Shown here piece by piece: positions 17,765 through 27,161 of a stretch of 28,850 bases of DNA (its first letter is position 1; every line of letters begins with the position of its first letter). The notes beneath the pieces were generated by a model, which was not told the origin of the DNA, made no database searches, and saw nothing but the letters and a program-made list of their open reading frames with translations. A program made the translations under genes and the position numbers. This stretch comes from Nitrososphaeraceae archaeon (GTDB lineage Archaea > Thermoproteota > Nitrososphaeria > Nitrososphaerales > Nitrososphaeraceae): contig JBIOZG010000048.1 in assembly GCA_044870765.1 (NCBI GenBank), positions 1-28,850 on the forward strand, given 5' to 3'.

Positions 17765-17974
17765 TCAATAGGCATGTACTTCAGATTTATGTTTTCTCAA
17801 ACTTCTAAAGGTGCCAAACTTCATCGTGCATTTGTCACATTTCCACAGATTTACTTTAGCTTGGCTATAAAATGTATAAGATTGATTTCCACTCTCGTAC
17901 TTACCCGTGCTGGTATTGTAATTTACAGGGTTGTAATTTATCTTGTATTTAATTCTAGATATGTTTATTTTCAA
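17765..17974 (-). CDS. Small protein with C-terminal C2H2 zinc finger
   Basis: WKCDKCTMKFGTFRSLRKHKSEVH = C-x2-C-x3-F-x5-L-x2-H-x4-H. Confidence 0.75.
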   Translation of the reverse strand: MKINISRIKYKINYNPVNYNTSTGKYESGNQSYTFYSQAKVNLWKCDKCTMKFGTFRSLRKHKSEVHAY

Positions 17975-18099
17975 TTTGCAAGCTATTGAATTCTTTGTTT
18001 AAAAAAAGTAAAGTTAATTGAACATATAGAAACGTATCAACCTTATTTCACAAACTGAAGATCAACAAAGCTAATATCTCATATAAAAAAAGTAACAAT

Positions 18100-19554
18100 G
18101 TGCATTTTGAGGACCTGAGAGAGTATGTGGAGTCACTTGAAGAAATAGATCAATTGAGGAGAATTAAGACGCGAGTTTCAGTTGATCTAGAAATTGCAGA
18201 AATTCTACGCAGGGTTATGTATAAGAATGAAGGACCGGCGGTGTTATTTGAAAACGTCGAAGGATATAAAATTCCTGTGCTTGGTAACGCATTTGGATCT
18301 TTGAGAAGGTTGAAGATTGCTCTTGACATGGAAAATTTTGAAGAAATTGGCGAACGAATGTCGGCTTTAACCAGGCTAAAAATACCTCAGGGCTTGTTGA
18401 ATAAATTCAAGATGCTCCCAAAGTTGTCAGAGATTGCTGACTATGGCCCCAAAAACGTAAACTCTGGACCAATCACAGAAGTCATTGAGACTTCCAATCC
18501 ATCATTGGATATCTTACCTATAATCAAATCATTTCCCAAAGATTCTGGAAGATTCATTACCTTCGGCATAACAGTAACTAAGAATCCAGAAACACAGATT
18601 CGTAACATGGGTGTATACAGATTACAAGTAATCGATTCTAAAAAAGCGATAATGCATTGGCAAATTCACAAGAGAGGTGCACTGCATTATGAAATGAATA
18701 AAGAGAATTCGCAAAAAACAGAAGTGGCTATAGTAATAGGTGCGGATCCTGCAACCGTTTTTAGTGCTGTTGCTCCAGTTCCAGAAGGTTTAGACAAGTT
18801 TCTTTTTGCCGGGATCACTCGGAAAAAGGGTATAGATCTTGTCAAGTGCAGAACTATCGATGTAGAAGTTCCTGTAACTGCAGAAATTGTTTTAGAAGGT
18901 TATGTTGATCCCTCGGAGCTTAATGAAGAGGGCCCGTTTGGGGATCATACAGGTTATTATACACCACCTGAACCCTTTCCCACTTTTACTCTTACAGGTA
19001 TAATGATGAGAAAAAATCCAATTTACCTTACAACAGTTGTAGGAAAACCAATACTTGAAGACGCTTACATAGGCAAAGTCATTGAAAGATCATTCCTACC
19101 ATTAGTAAGGCTCTTCCAACCTGAAGTAGTTGATTTTTCCATGCCTCCTGCAGGTTGGTTTCAAGGCCTCGCGATAGTGTCTATTAAAAAAAGATATCCT
19201 GGTCAGGCAAAAAAGGTAATGATGGGTCTTTGGGGAATGGGTCAGTTGTCTCTCACAAAAATATTGATTGCAGTAGACCAAGATGTCAATGTACATGATA
19301 TGAATGATGTTATCTGGGCGGTAACCACCCGTGCCGATCCAAAGAGAGACACTATGTTAATCGATAATGCACCTACTGATACGTTAGATCCCGCATCGCC
19401 ATTATTGAATCTAGGATCAAAAATGGGTATCGATGCAACTAAGAAAATGAAGGAGGAAGGATATGAAAGACCCATTCAAGAAGAAGCAGTACCTAACGAA
19501 AGTACTGTTAGTCTAGTAACAAAAAAATGGAATGAATATGGATTTCAAGAGTAA
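18100..19554 (+). CDS. UbiD-family prFMN-dependent decarboxylase (probably menaquinone biosynthesis)
   Basis: N.G.YR.Q, AEIVLEG, EGPFGDHTGYY, VD.DV, LDP and KMGIDAT motifs. Confidence 0.93.
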   Translation: MHFEDLREYVESLEEIDQLRRIKTRVSVDLEIAEILRRVMYKNEGPAVLFENVEGYKIPVLGNAFGSLRRLKIALDMENFEEIGERMSALTRLKIPQGLLNKFKMLPKLSEIADYGPKNVNSGPITEVIETSNPSLDILPIIKSFPKDSGRFITFGITVTKNPETQIRNMGVYRLQVIDSKKAIMHWQIHKRGALHYEMNKENSQKTEVAIVIGADPATVFSAVAPVPEGLDKFLFAGITRKKGIDLVKCRTIDVEVPVTAEIVLEGYVDPSELNEEGPFGDHTGYYTPPEPFPTFTLTGIMMRKNPIYLTTVVGKPILEDAYIGKVIERSFLPLVRLFQPEVVDFSMPPAGWFQGLAIVSIKKRYPGQAKKVMMGLWGMGQLSLTKILIAVDQDVNVHDMNDVIWAVTTRADPKRDTMLIDNAPTDTLDPASPLLNLGSKMGIDATKKMKEEGYERPIQEEAVPNESTVSLVTKKWNEYGFQE

Positions 19555-19594
19555 AAAATTATATGATAAATATACAGAAATTAGATGATGAATC

Positions 19595-20422
19595 ATGAAA
19601 TTCATTCATAGTGGCAAGGTAAAAGACGTTTATGAAGTTGATGAGAAGAACTTGCTATTTCATTTTACCGATAGAGTATCGGCGTACGATGTACCTATGA
19701 TTACTGACATAAAAGGAAAGGGAGAAATCCTATGCAAGTTTGCCGAATTCTGGTTTAACTATTTGGATTCTAGAAATCACATGGTACGATTGGATGCCAA
19801 AGACAAAATGGTTGTGAAGAAACTTGAAATGATTCCACTTGAATGTGTGGTTAGGGGATATCTGTACGGTAGTCTGTATGAAAGGTACTGCAGCTCAATT
19901 GACATTCCGGATCTAGGGACCAACTTGAAAATTGCTTCAAAACTTAATGAACCTATATTTGATCCAACAACAAAGTCAAAAATCCATGACGTGCCAATTA
20001 ACGAGGAACAAATCCGTGCCCAAGGCATCATGACCAAAGATGAATTACGATATTTAAAAGACACATCAATAAGACTTTACAATCAAATGTCAAAGTTATC
20101 AAATAAATCAGGATTTATTCTGGCAGATGTTAAATTTGAATTTGGGAAGGATCTTGAATCAGGTAATATTATTTTGGCTGATTCATTGGGCCCAGATGAA
20201 TTCAGAATGTGGACTCTAGAGGCGTATAAAGAGGGACAAGAACAAGTTAGCTATGATAAGCAATATCTTAGAGATTGGTTAACTAAAATTGGATTTAGAG
20301 ATAAAGTTAAGCAAACCTCTGAAGATGGAACAAAGTCAATTCCGCCCGAACTACCCACTAATGTTGTAAATGAATTGTTGAAACGGTACAAGTACGTTTA
20401 TGAGAAAATTTCAAAAATATGA
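19595..20422 (+). CDS. purC: SAICAR synthase
   Basis: SGKVKDVY, DRVSAYD, IPLECVVRGY, PTTK, D.KFEFG, PDEFR and DKQYLRDWL. Confidence 0.97.
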   Translation: MKFIHSGKVKDVYEVDEKNLLFHFTDRVSAYDVPMITDIKGKGEILCKFAEFWFNYLDSRNHMVRLDAKDKMVVKKLEMIPLECVVRGYLYGSLYERYCSSIDIPDLGTNLKIASKLNEPIFDPTTKSKIHDVPINEEQIRAQGIMTKDELRYLKDTSIRLYNQMSKLSNKSGFILADVKFEFGKDLESGNIILADSLGPDEFRMWTLEAYKEGQEQVSYDKQYLRDWLTKIGFRDKVKQTSEDGTKSIPPELPTNVVNELLKRYKYVYEKISKI

Positions 20423-20464
20423 AATTACATAAAGTCATCGCGTTCATTGAATATAAAAGAACTG

Positions 20465-20881
20465 TTATTCTACAGTTACTCTCAAGATTCCTTTTGTGTC
20501 AGAATTTGTGAGCATCTTGACTAAATCTCTAGGAATATCAATTGCTGATTTATCACATGAGATAGCGAGTGTTCTAGAATCAGCATAATTTGATTTTCTC
20601 AATACTATATCGTGTCTATGGCTAATTTCTAGATCAGTGTTGCCAAATCCAAATAATTCAAATTCAATTGGATCTACAATTATTCTTATTTTTACAAATG
20701 TATCTTTAGTTCTTAATTTCCTTTTTAGGGCAATATTGATATCATTGCAAGCTTTGTTAGCAGAAACTCCAATGATACAATCGCCATTTTTAGTCAGGTT
20801 GGAATCCTTAGTAACTTCAATTGTTCTGGCGTGAAGTGAAAGAACATTCTTATGACCATAAAAAGTTATTTCTTCCTCCAA
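20465..20881 (-). CDS. DUF371 family protein
   Basis: GH.NV...H..T.EVTKD..LT..GDCIIGV.A, IV.RKS and D.SA.D.PR signatures. Confidence 0.88.
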   Translation of the reverse strand: MEEEITFYGHKNVLSLHARTIEVTKDSNLTKNGDCIIGVSANKACNDINIALKRKLRTKDTFVKIRIIVDPIEFELFGFGNTDLEISHRHDIVLRKSNYADSRTLAISCDKSAIDIPRDLVKMLTNSDTKGILRVTVE

Positions 20882-20974
20882 ATCTTGGTCAGTTTTTCAG
20901 AAAATACTTTGACAATTTAAAGTGTTATACTAAGGTAGACTTAAATTAACGAATGCAAACAAGTTAGAGCTGAT

Positions 20975-21718
20975 TTGTTACCTGCAGCAGCTGGTTATGA
21001 TAGAGCAATAACGGTGTTTTCACCAGACGGTAGATTATACCAAGTAGAATATGCTATTGAAACTGTTAGAAGAGGAACCTTAGCAGTCGGAATAAAAAGT
21101 AAGGACGGTGTTGTTCTGGCGGTTGAAGAAAAAGCTAGGAAATTACAAGTATCCGATGTTACTCAAAAAATATTTCAAATAGATGATCACATAGGAGTGG
21201 CAGCAGCCGGATATATCCCTGATGCGAGAACTCAAGTGGATCATGCTAGATTTTTTGCGCAAAGTAATAGACTGATATACGATGAACTCGTGGATGTCGA
21301 AGGTGTAGCAAAAAATCTCGCAGATATGGCACAACAGTTCACCCAATACGCAGGAGTTAGACCTTACGGTGTTGCATTGATACTCGCCGGCGTTGATAAG
21401 AATGGTGCTTCACTTTATCAAACGGATCCAAGTGGAACCTACATTGGATATGATGCGGTTGCAATTGGAAATGGAAGTGATCAAGTTAATGAATTCCTGG
21501 AAAAAAATTATCACACTGACATAAGCATGGAAGAGGCAAGCAGCCTTGCTTTGGAATCAATTTACTTGGTTAGTGAAGAGAAAACTGGAACAAGACATAT
21601 TAAAATGGCGCAGATAGATATGAAAACAAAGAAAATGAAGCGGGTTGAAAATAATGATATAGAAACCTACGCTTCAAAGTCTAAAGAAAATGCCAGTAAG
21701 AGACCACCACCTCAATAA
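20975..21718 (+). CDS. psmA: Proteasome subunit alpha
   Basis: GYDRAITVFSPDGRLYQVEYA, RPYGVALILAG and TDPSG. Confidence 0.98.
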   Translation: MLPAAAGYDRAITVFSPDGRLYQVEYAIETVRRGTLAVGIKSKDGVVLAVEEKARKLQVSDVTQKIFQIDDHIGVAAAGYIPDARTQVDHARFFAQSNRLIYDELVDVEGVAKNLADMAQQFTQYAGVRPYGVALILAGVDKNGASLYQTDPSGTYIGYDAVAIGNGSDQVNEFLEKNYHTDISMEEASSLALESIYLVSEEKTGTRHIKMAQIDMKTKKMKRVENNDIETYASKSKENASKRPPPQ

Positions 21719-21785
21719 TTGTATTTTAATTAGATTTTGATTAATGTGATATTGGTTTAAATATTCAAGGAATATTGTAAATTCT

Positions 21786-22448
21786 GTGACAGTTAAAACT
21801 GGGTCGCCCGCTCCTGATTTGAAAGTTAGTGAATGGGTACAGGGGGGACCTATTAGTTTGAAAGATTACTTGGGTAAAGTTGTAGTAGTAGAAGTATTTC
21901 AGGTAAATTGTCCTGGTTGCTTCGTTTATGGAATACCTGAGGCAATTGATATCTATAACAAATACCAGAACAATAAAGTTGCAGTATTGGGACTTGCTAC
22001 TGCTTTTGAAGATTTTGACAAGAATACAATTGAAAATCTAAAATTACTATTAAACGAAAAAAAGGTGATAGGTGAAACCCTTACTACTCTCACATACCAA
22101 AGTAAGTTACTAAACAAAGGAAAGATATCATATTCTATTCCATTTCCAGTGGGAATGGATATGCTTGTAAAAGAAAAATTACCAATCGAAGAAAAGAGAA
22201 TTATGGAATTTGTTAATGCAAACGTCCTTGATTTTGATTTATATCATGAAAAAGACAAAGAACAAATCATTTCACGTGTTAAATCATATTTGGAGACAAA
22301 ACCTTACAGCCCACTTACCTTCGAAGAATATTCCCTAAGAGGGACTCCCTCAACAATATTCATTGATAAAAAAGGTGACCTTGGTGAAACTACATTTGGA
22401 TCTACGGGAATAATGGCGACAACCGTAGAAAAACTATTATCAGAATAG
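21786..22448 (+). CDS. Thioredoxin-fold redoxin (TlpA/AhpC-TSA-like) with CPGC motif
   Basis: APDL.VSEW, GKVVVVEVFQVNCPGC and cis-Pro loop RGTPSTIFIDKKG. Confidence 0.85.
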   Translation: MTVKTGSPAPDLKVSEWVQGGPISLKDYLGKVVVVEVFQVNCPGCFVYGIPEAIDIYNKYQNNKVAVLGLATAFEDFDKNTIENLKLLLNEKKVIGETLTTLTYQSKLLNKGKISYSIPFPVGMDMLVKEKLPIEEKRIMEFVNANVLDFDLYHEKDKEQIISRVKSYLETKPYSPLTFEEYSLRGTPSTIFIDKKGDLGETTFGSTGIMATTVEKLLSE

Positions 22449-22464
22449 ACGGTTTACATCATAC

Positions 22465-23289
22465 TTGACTAATCTCTCTATTGCGATACCTGACTCTTCA
22501 TTAATAGAATCGCAAACCATTCTAGACAAAAGTTACAAAATTTCACAAATTTCTCGCTCCTGCTCAATATTTTGCGTTGGTAAGATCTTTATTTACCATG
22601 ATAAGAGCGCAAAAGCGGGAAAAGATGATAGGAAAATTCTGAAAATAATACTAGAATATCTTGATACACCGCCGTATCTTAGAAAAAAAATCTACCCCAA
22701 AATGTGGATGCTGAAACACGCTGGCAGTTTACCCCCTATAAAATCGCCTCATCATAAAACACGAGTAGACATTCGGAGTGTAAAAAACGAAATACGATTT
22801 GGATTTGTTGTAAAGCAAAATGACATGTTGTACGTAGATGTAGGACTTGAACATCTAATCAGCTACAAAGGAAATCAGTTGGGCAAAAAAGTGCTCGTCA
22901 AAATTTCAAATAATGGTCAGTTTTTTGCCGAGGACATTGAAAAAAATCAAGTTCCTGGTTATTGGGGATATGATGTAGAATACGTAGATTCATTGTCAGA
23001 ACTACTGGAAACTCAGAAATGCGAAGTCCTGATGACTTCGGTGGAAGGTTCGCAGTTTACAAAGCATGTGACTGAGATGATGAAAAGAATCAGAATATCC
23101 AAAGATCTTCTTATCGTATTTGGCGGACCTAGATTTGGGTTACCTAAAATACTTGAAAGCGAAAACAAAAAGATTTCACCGAACCATTTTCTGATGAATA
23201 TGTTTCCTAGGCAGGGGACTCAAACAGTAAGGCTAGAAGAAGCAATTTTAGGGACTTTATCGATAGTCAATAATTACCGATACGCTTGA
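22465..23289 (+). CDS. SPOUT-family RNA methyltransferase (DUF171/COG2106, SPOUT1-like)
   Basis: LSIAIPDS, YLDTPPYLRK, LPP...PHH, YWGY.V, VFGGP and QGT.TVRLEEA; usual position directly upstream of rpl3. Confidence 0.9.
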   Translation: MTNLSIAIPDSSLIESQTILDKSYKISQISRSCSIFCVGKIFIYHDKSAKAGKDDRKILKIILEYLDTPPYLRKKIYPKMWMLKHAGSLPPIKSPHHKTRVDIRSVKNEIRFGFVVKQNDMLYVDVGLEHLISYKGNQLGKKVLVKISNNGQFFAEDIEKNQVPGYWGYDVEYVDSLSELLETQKCEVLMTSVEGSQFTKHVTEMMKRIRISKDLLIVFGGPRFGLPKILESENKKISPNHFLMNMFPRQGTQTVRLEEAILGTLSIVNNYRYA

Positions 23290-23393
23290 TTCAAGTTGAT
23301 ATGATAAAGGCAAGTCTGTGGAGTCGATTTTAACCAATTAAAAATTGACCTTAAGTTTAATTTATTAATGGGATCACAAAAATTCGATTAATC

Positions 23394-24392
23394 ATGGGTC
23401 ATCGAAAATATAGTGCACCAAGAAGGGGCAGTATGGCATTCTATCCAAGAGTGCGTGCACGAAGTCTCGAATCTAGGGTTAGAACATGGTCAGATCCTAA
23501 GTTGGAGAAATCATCATTATTAGGTTTTGCAGGCTATAAAGTTACGAATTTAAATGTATTATCTGTTGATGACAGAGAAAAGACTCCAAATTTTGGCAAG
23601 AATATTATGAATTCATCGACTCTAATAGCGACTCCCCCATTAAAAATAGTTGGAATAAGAGCATATACAGAAACAACATACGGCAAGAAAGCTATCTTTG
23701 ATGCATTTGCTAAAGACAATGACAAATATCTCACAAAAAAGGCATCATTCAAGTTCAAGGAAGGAAAATTGGATGAAATCAATGCCCACATTGACAGGAT
23801 TAAAGAGGTGGTTGCTGTTGTATCTTCTAATCCCTACATCGCGTCTTTGGCACAAAAGAAACCATTTGTTTGGGAAATACCCATCGGTGGGAAAGATACT
23901 AAATCAAAAATTGAATACGTTGTTAGCAATTTTGGAAAGCAGGTGAACATAAAAGATGTTTTTGAGACTGGACAGTTTATCGATATTTCGGCAATTACTC
24001 GAGGGAAAGGGATTGAAGGTCCTATTACTAGATTTGGAGTAAAGAGAAAACAGCATAAATCAAGAAAAAGTGTAAGGGCCCTCGGAACTCTAGGACCAAT
24101 CTCTCCGGCAGTTGTGACTTATACTGTTCCAAGACAAGGACAGAGAGGATTTCATCAAAGGACTGAATACAATAAAAGAATATTAATAATTTCAAATCCC
24201 GAAAAAGACCGTGATTTCAAGATTAATCCCAAGGGAGGATTTGAACACTATGGAATGGTTAAAAATGATTACATTATCGTTAAAGGCTCCGTCCCAGGGG
24301 TTCCTAAGCGATTAGTCAAGATGAGATTTCCAGTGAGAACTATTAGCAAGAAAGTAGTAGAGCCCAAAGTATTGGAGGTACTAATGAAATGA
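23394..24392 (+). CDS. rpl3: 50S ribosomal protein L3 (uL3)
   Basis: PRRGSMAFYPR, GFAGYK, TRGKG.EGP..RFG, GFHQRTEYNKRI and NPKGGF.HYG. Confidence 0.98.
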   Translation: MGHRKYSAPRRGSMAFYPRVRARSLESRVRTWSDPKLEKSSLLGFAGYKVTNLNVLSVDDREKTPNFGKNIMNSSTLIATPPLKIVGIRAYTETTYGKKAIFDAFAKDNDKYLTKKASFKFKEGKLDEINAHIDRIKEVVAVVSSNPYIASLAQKKPFVWEIPIGGKDTKSKIEYVVSNFGKQVNIKDVFETGQFIDISAITRGKGIEGPITRFGVKRKQHKSRKSVRALGTLGPISPAVVTYTVPRQGQRGFHQRTEYNKRILIISNPEKDRDFKINPKGGFEHYGMVKNDYIIVKGSVPGVPKRLVKMRFPVRTISKKVVEPKVLEVLMK

Positions 24393-25201
24393 AAGTTAGT
24401 CTTAAGGATCTTCGAGGTAAGGACCTAGAATCATTAGAACTGCCGTCTGTTTTTAATACCCCTTATAGACCTGAGATCATAAAAAAAGTATATGTGAATG
24501 TCCTTTCAACACGATTCCAGCCCCAAGGAAGATATCCCGCGGCAGGAGAAATTGTTAGTGCAGAATCTCGCAATACGGGCTTGGGAATTGCCAGAATAGC
24601 TAGGGCCAGAGGTGAAGGATTTCAGCGCGCAGGTCAGGCTGCTGGTGTAGCTGGTGTTCGAAAGGGAAGATTGGCCCATCCACCGGTTTCATGGAAGAAC
24701 ACTTACAAAAAAATAAACAAAAAAGAAAGACACCTTGGACTTTGTTCAGCTATTGCAGCAACATCCAATAGAGAAATAATAGAAAAGCGAGGTCACAAAG
24801 TTGGAAAAATTTCTGAATTTCCGATTATCGTATCCAATGATCTGGAGAAGATAACAAAGACCTCAGAACTAAGAAAGACTTTGGTATCATTAGGACTAGA
24901 GGAAGACCTTGCAAGATCTGCGAATATAGTTAGAATACCATCTGGTAAATCCCGATTACGAGGAAGGAAGAAGCACTCGGCTTTGAGTAGTTTAATAGTT
25001 GTATCAAAAAATTCTCCAGTCAGTAAGCTAAGAAAATCTCTTCCTGGTGTAAGTGTAGTCTCTATAGAAAGTCTAAGCATTATGGACCTTGTTCCAGGAA
25101 CAAAGCCAGTTAGATTGACAGTATATACAAAAAATGCCATTGATTCTATGAATAGCATAAATACAGTTTGGTCAAAAGTTCAGAGCATGGTGAACCAATA
25201 G
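24389..25201 (+). CDS. rpl4: 50S ribosomal protein L4 (uL4)
   Basis: LP.VF..P.RP, SAES...G.G.AR..R, GR.AHPP, KKINKKE and PG..P.RLTVYT. Confidence 0.97.
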   Translation: MKVSLKDLRGKDLESLELPSVFNTPYRPEIIKKVYVNVLSTRFQPQGRYPAAGEIVSAESRNTGLGIARIARARGEGFQRAGQAAGVAGVRKGRLAHPPVSWKNTYKKINKKERHLGLCSAIAATSNREIIEKRGHKVGKISEFPIIVSNDLEKITKTSELRKTLVSLGLEEDLARSANIVRIPSGKSRLRGRKKHSALSSLIVVSKNSPVSKLRKSLPGVSVVSIESLSIMDLVPGTKPVRLTVYTKNAIDSMNSINTVWSKVQSMVNQ

Positions 25202-25476
25202 TGAGTAAGGAATTGGAAGACAATCTTCACACAATCATCCTTCGACCTTATATCACAGAAAAGACATTTAATCTGATTGAGAAGGAAAATAAGTTAACAT
25301 TCATAGTCGCAGATAGTGCAAAGAAAGATGATGTGAAGCGCGCCATAAAAATAATGTATGAATCAGATGTCAGAGAAGTCAATCTATTTCGCACAATCCA
25401 GGGTAAAAAGGCAATTATCAGATTTACTAAAGACGAGGAAGCAAGGCAACTTGCAACAAAATTAGGATTGGTTTAG
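25201..25476 (+). CDS. rpl23: 50S ribosomal protein L23 (uL23); start GTG 25201 overlapping the rpl4 TAG
   Basis: IILRPYITEK, ENKLTFIV, KKAIIRF and LATKLG. Confidence 0.95.
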   Translation: MSKELEDNLHTIILRPYITEKTFNLIEKENKLTFIVADSAKKDDVKRAIKIMYESDVREVNLFRTIQGKKAIIRFTKDEEARQLATKLGLV

Positions 25477-25490
25477 TTGATTCATCTAGT

Positions 25491-25500
25491 TAAATTTAAA
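25491..25500 (+). promoter_or_regulatory. Internal TATA box upstream of rps19
   Basis: TAAATTTAAA ending 29 nt before the TTG at 25529, in the only sizeable gap (52 nt) of the ribosomal cluster. Confidence 0.5.
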
Positions 25501-25528
25501 AGGAGTATTTTGGAGCTGATAATGTTAA

Positions 25529-25936
25529 TTGGTACGTGAATTTAGATTTAGAGGTTACAACATTGATCAATTGAAGAATTTATCAATAGAGGCCCTTCTT
25601 CCGTTATTGAATGCCAGGCAAAGGCGATCTCTCGATAAGAGGGTAGGAAAGTACATGGATGATCAAAAAAGAAAATTACGTGAGCGAATAAAAAGCATCA
25701 GGGAAAGAAAGTCCAATGAGACTTTACGAACTCATGTTAGAGACATGATAATTCTTCCAGACATGGTTGATATTACTATCAATGTTCACAATGGGAAGGA
25801 ATTTACCCCTATTGCCATTAAACCCGAGATGATAGGACATTATTTAGGTGAATATGCTATTACAAACAAAAGAGTTCAGCACGGTGCCCCCGGAGTTGGA
25901 GCTTCTAGGTCAAGTCTATACGTGCCATTAAAGTGA
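25529..25936 (+). CDS. rps19: 30S ribosomal protein S19 (uS19)
   Basis: F.FRGY, RTHVRDMIILP, VHNGKEF, EMIGHYLGEY and GASRSS.YVPLK. Confidence 0.98.
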   Translation: MVREFRFRGYNIDQLKNLSIEALLPLLNARQRRSLDKRVGKYMDDQKRKLRERIKSIRERKSNETLRTHVRDMIILPDMVDITINVHNGKEFTPIAIKPEMIGHYLGEYAITNKRVQHGAPGVGASRSSLYVPLK

Positions 25937-26415
25937 TACATTTGCCTTCATATTCTTACTCATTTTCTCAATTTGACAAGAATAAACATGTGAGAGCAGC
26001 ATTAAGAGAGACCGACATCTCGCATAAACACGCAAGAGAAATTGCCTTAGCGATTAAGGGGCTGTCACTGGAAAGGGCCAGGAATGTTTTAGATCAAGTG
26101 ATTGAAAAAAAAGTGGCTGTTCCTTATAGAAGGTATCATAATGAAGTAGCTCACAGATCAAATATTCGTGATGGTTTTTTTTCCGGAAGGTTTCCAAAGA
26201 AGGCTTCAAAAGAATTCTTACGTCTTTTGGATAATTTAGAATCAAACGCGGAGTACAAAGGTATGGATCTTGACAGATTAGAAATAGTATCATGTGTTAT
26301 CCATAAGGGAACAAAACTCAAGCGATTTACTCCCAGGGCTATGGGTAGATCAAGTCCCAAAGTTGATACGTTGACGCATGTAGAGATCGTGGCTAGAGAG
26401 GGCAGGGTAAATTGA
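25933..26415 (+). CDS. rpl22: 50S ribosomal protein L22 (uL22); start may be TTG 25942
   Basis: ISHKHAREI, VPYRRY, GRFPKKA, NAEYKG.D, PRAMGRS and THVEIV. Confidence 0.97.
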   Translation: MIHLPSYSYSFSQFDKNKHVRAALRETDISHKHAREIALAIKGLSLERARNVLDQVIEKKVAVPYRRYHNEVAHRSNIRDGFFSGRFPKKASKEFLRLLDNLESNAEYKGMDLDRLEIVSCVIHKGTKLKRFTPRAMGRSSPKVDTLTHVEIVAREGRVN

Positions 26416-27161
26416 GTGCGATAAAAAACGTCATGAAGAATAATTTTAGAAACATGGAACTGAATGAATTTTTGAGTTCTACTTTAAAAGAAGCTGGATA
26501 TGGAGGAGCCGAAGTTCAAAAAACACCCATAGGTACCAAAATAACACTCTTTGTAATAAGGCCAGGTCTTGTTATAGGAAGAAAGGGTAGCGGTATAAGA
26601 GATTTGACCACTAGATTGGAACAACAATTTAATTTAGAAAATGCGCAAGTTTCCGTTACTGAGGTAACAAAGCCCGAATTAAATCCGAACATCATGGCCA
26701 ACAGAATCGCTCAACTTATTGAAAGAGGAACTGCATTCAGGAGAGCGTCATTGTGGACAATTAACACTATCATGGGAGCAGGTGCTATGGGTGTAGAGAT
26801 TACAATCTCGGGTAAACTTAGAGGCGAACGTGCTCATTTTGAAAAGCATACTGCTGGTGTCATACCGAAGAGTGGCAAGATTGCAGAAGAAGTGGTAAGA
26901 AGCAGCATAAACAGCATTCTAACAAAAATGGGACTGGTGGGTATAAAACTGAAAATTTCGTTAAGAGAAGAAATTCCTCGTGATTTTGATTTGATCACAG
27001 AATCTCCAACAAAGAGCGAACCTGAAGTCGAGAACCAGAGCGAAAACAAGAGTCCAAGTGAGGAACAAAAAGCGCCATCTGACTCCGAAGTTAAAATTGA
27101 GGGTAAAGATATTATTAACAGTGAAGTTAAGGAAATAGCCGTAAATAAGAGTGAGACTTGA
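26412..27161 (+). CDS. rps3: 30S ribosomal protein S3 (uS3) with acidic C-terminal tail
   Basis: AGYGG, RPGLVIGRKG, AFRRA and ISGKLRGERA. Confidence 0.98.
   Translation: MSAIKNVMKNNFRNMELNEFLSSTLKEAGYGGAEVQKTPIGTKITLFVIRPGLVIGRKGSGIRDLTTRLEQQFNLENAQVSVTEVTKPELNPNIMANRIAQLIERGTAFRRASLWTINTIMGAGAMGVEITISGKLRGERAHFEKHTAGVIPKSGKIAEEVVRSSINSILTKMGLVGIKLKISLREEIPRDFDLITESPTKSEPEVENQSENKSPSEEQKAPSDSEVKIEGKDIINSEVKEIAVNKSET

Noticed and set aside
25168-25200. TTG 25168 start for rpl23
   Set aside because: Lies inside rpl4. The TAG/GTG overlap at 25201 is the more natural coupled start.
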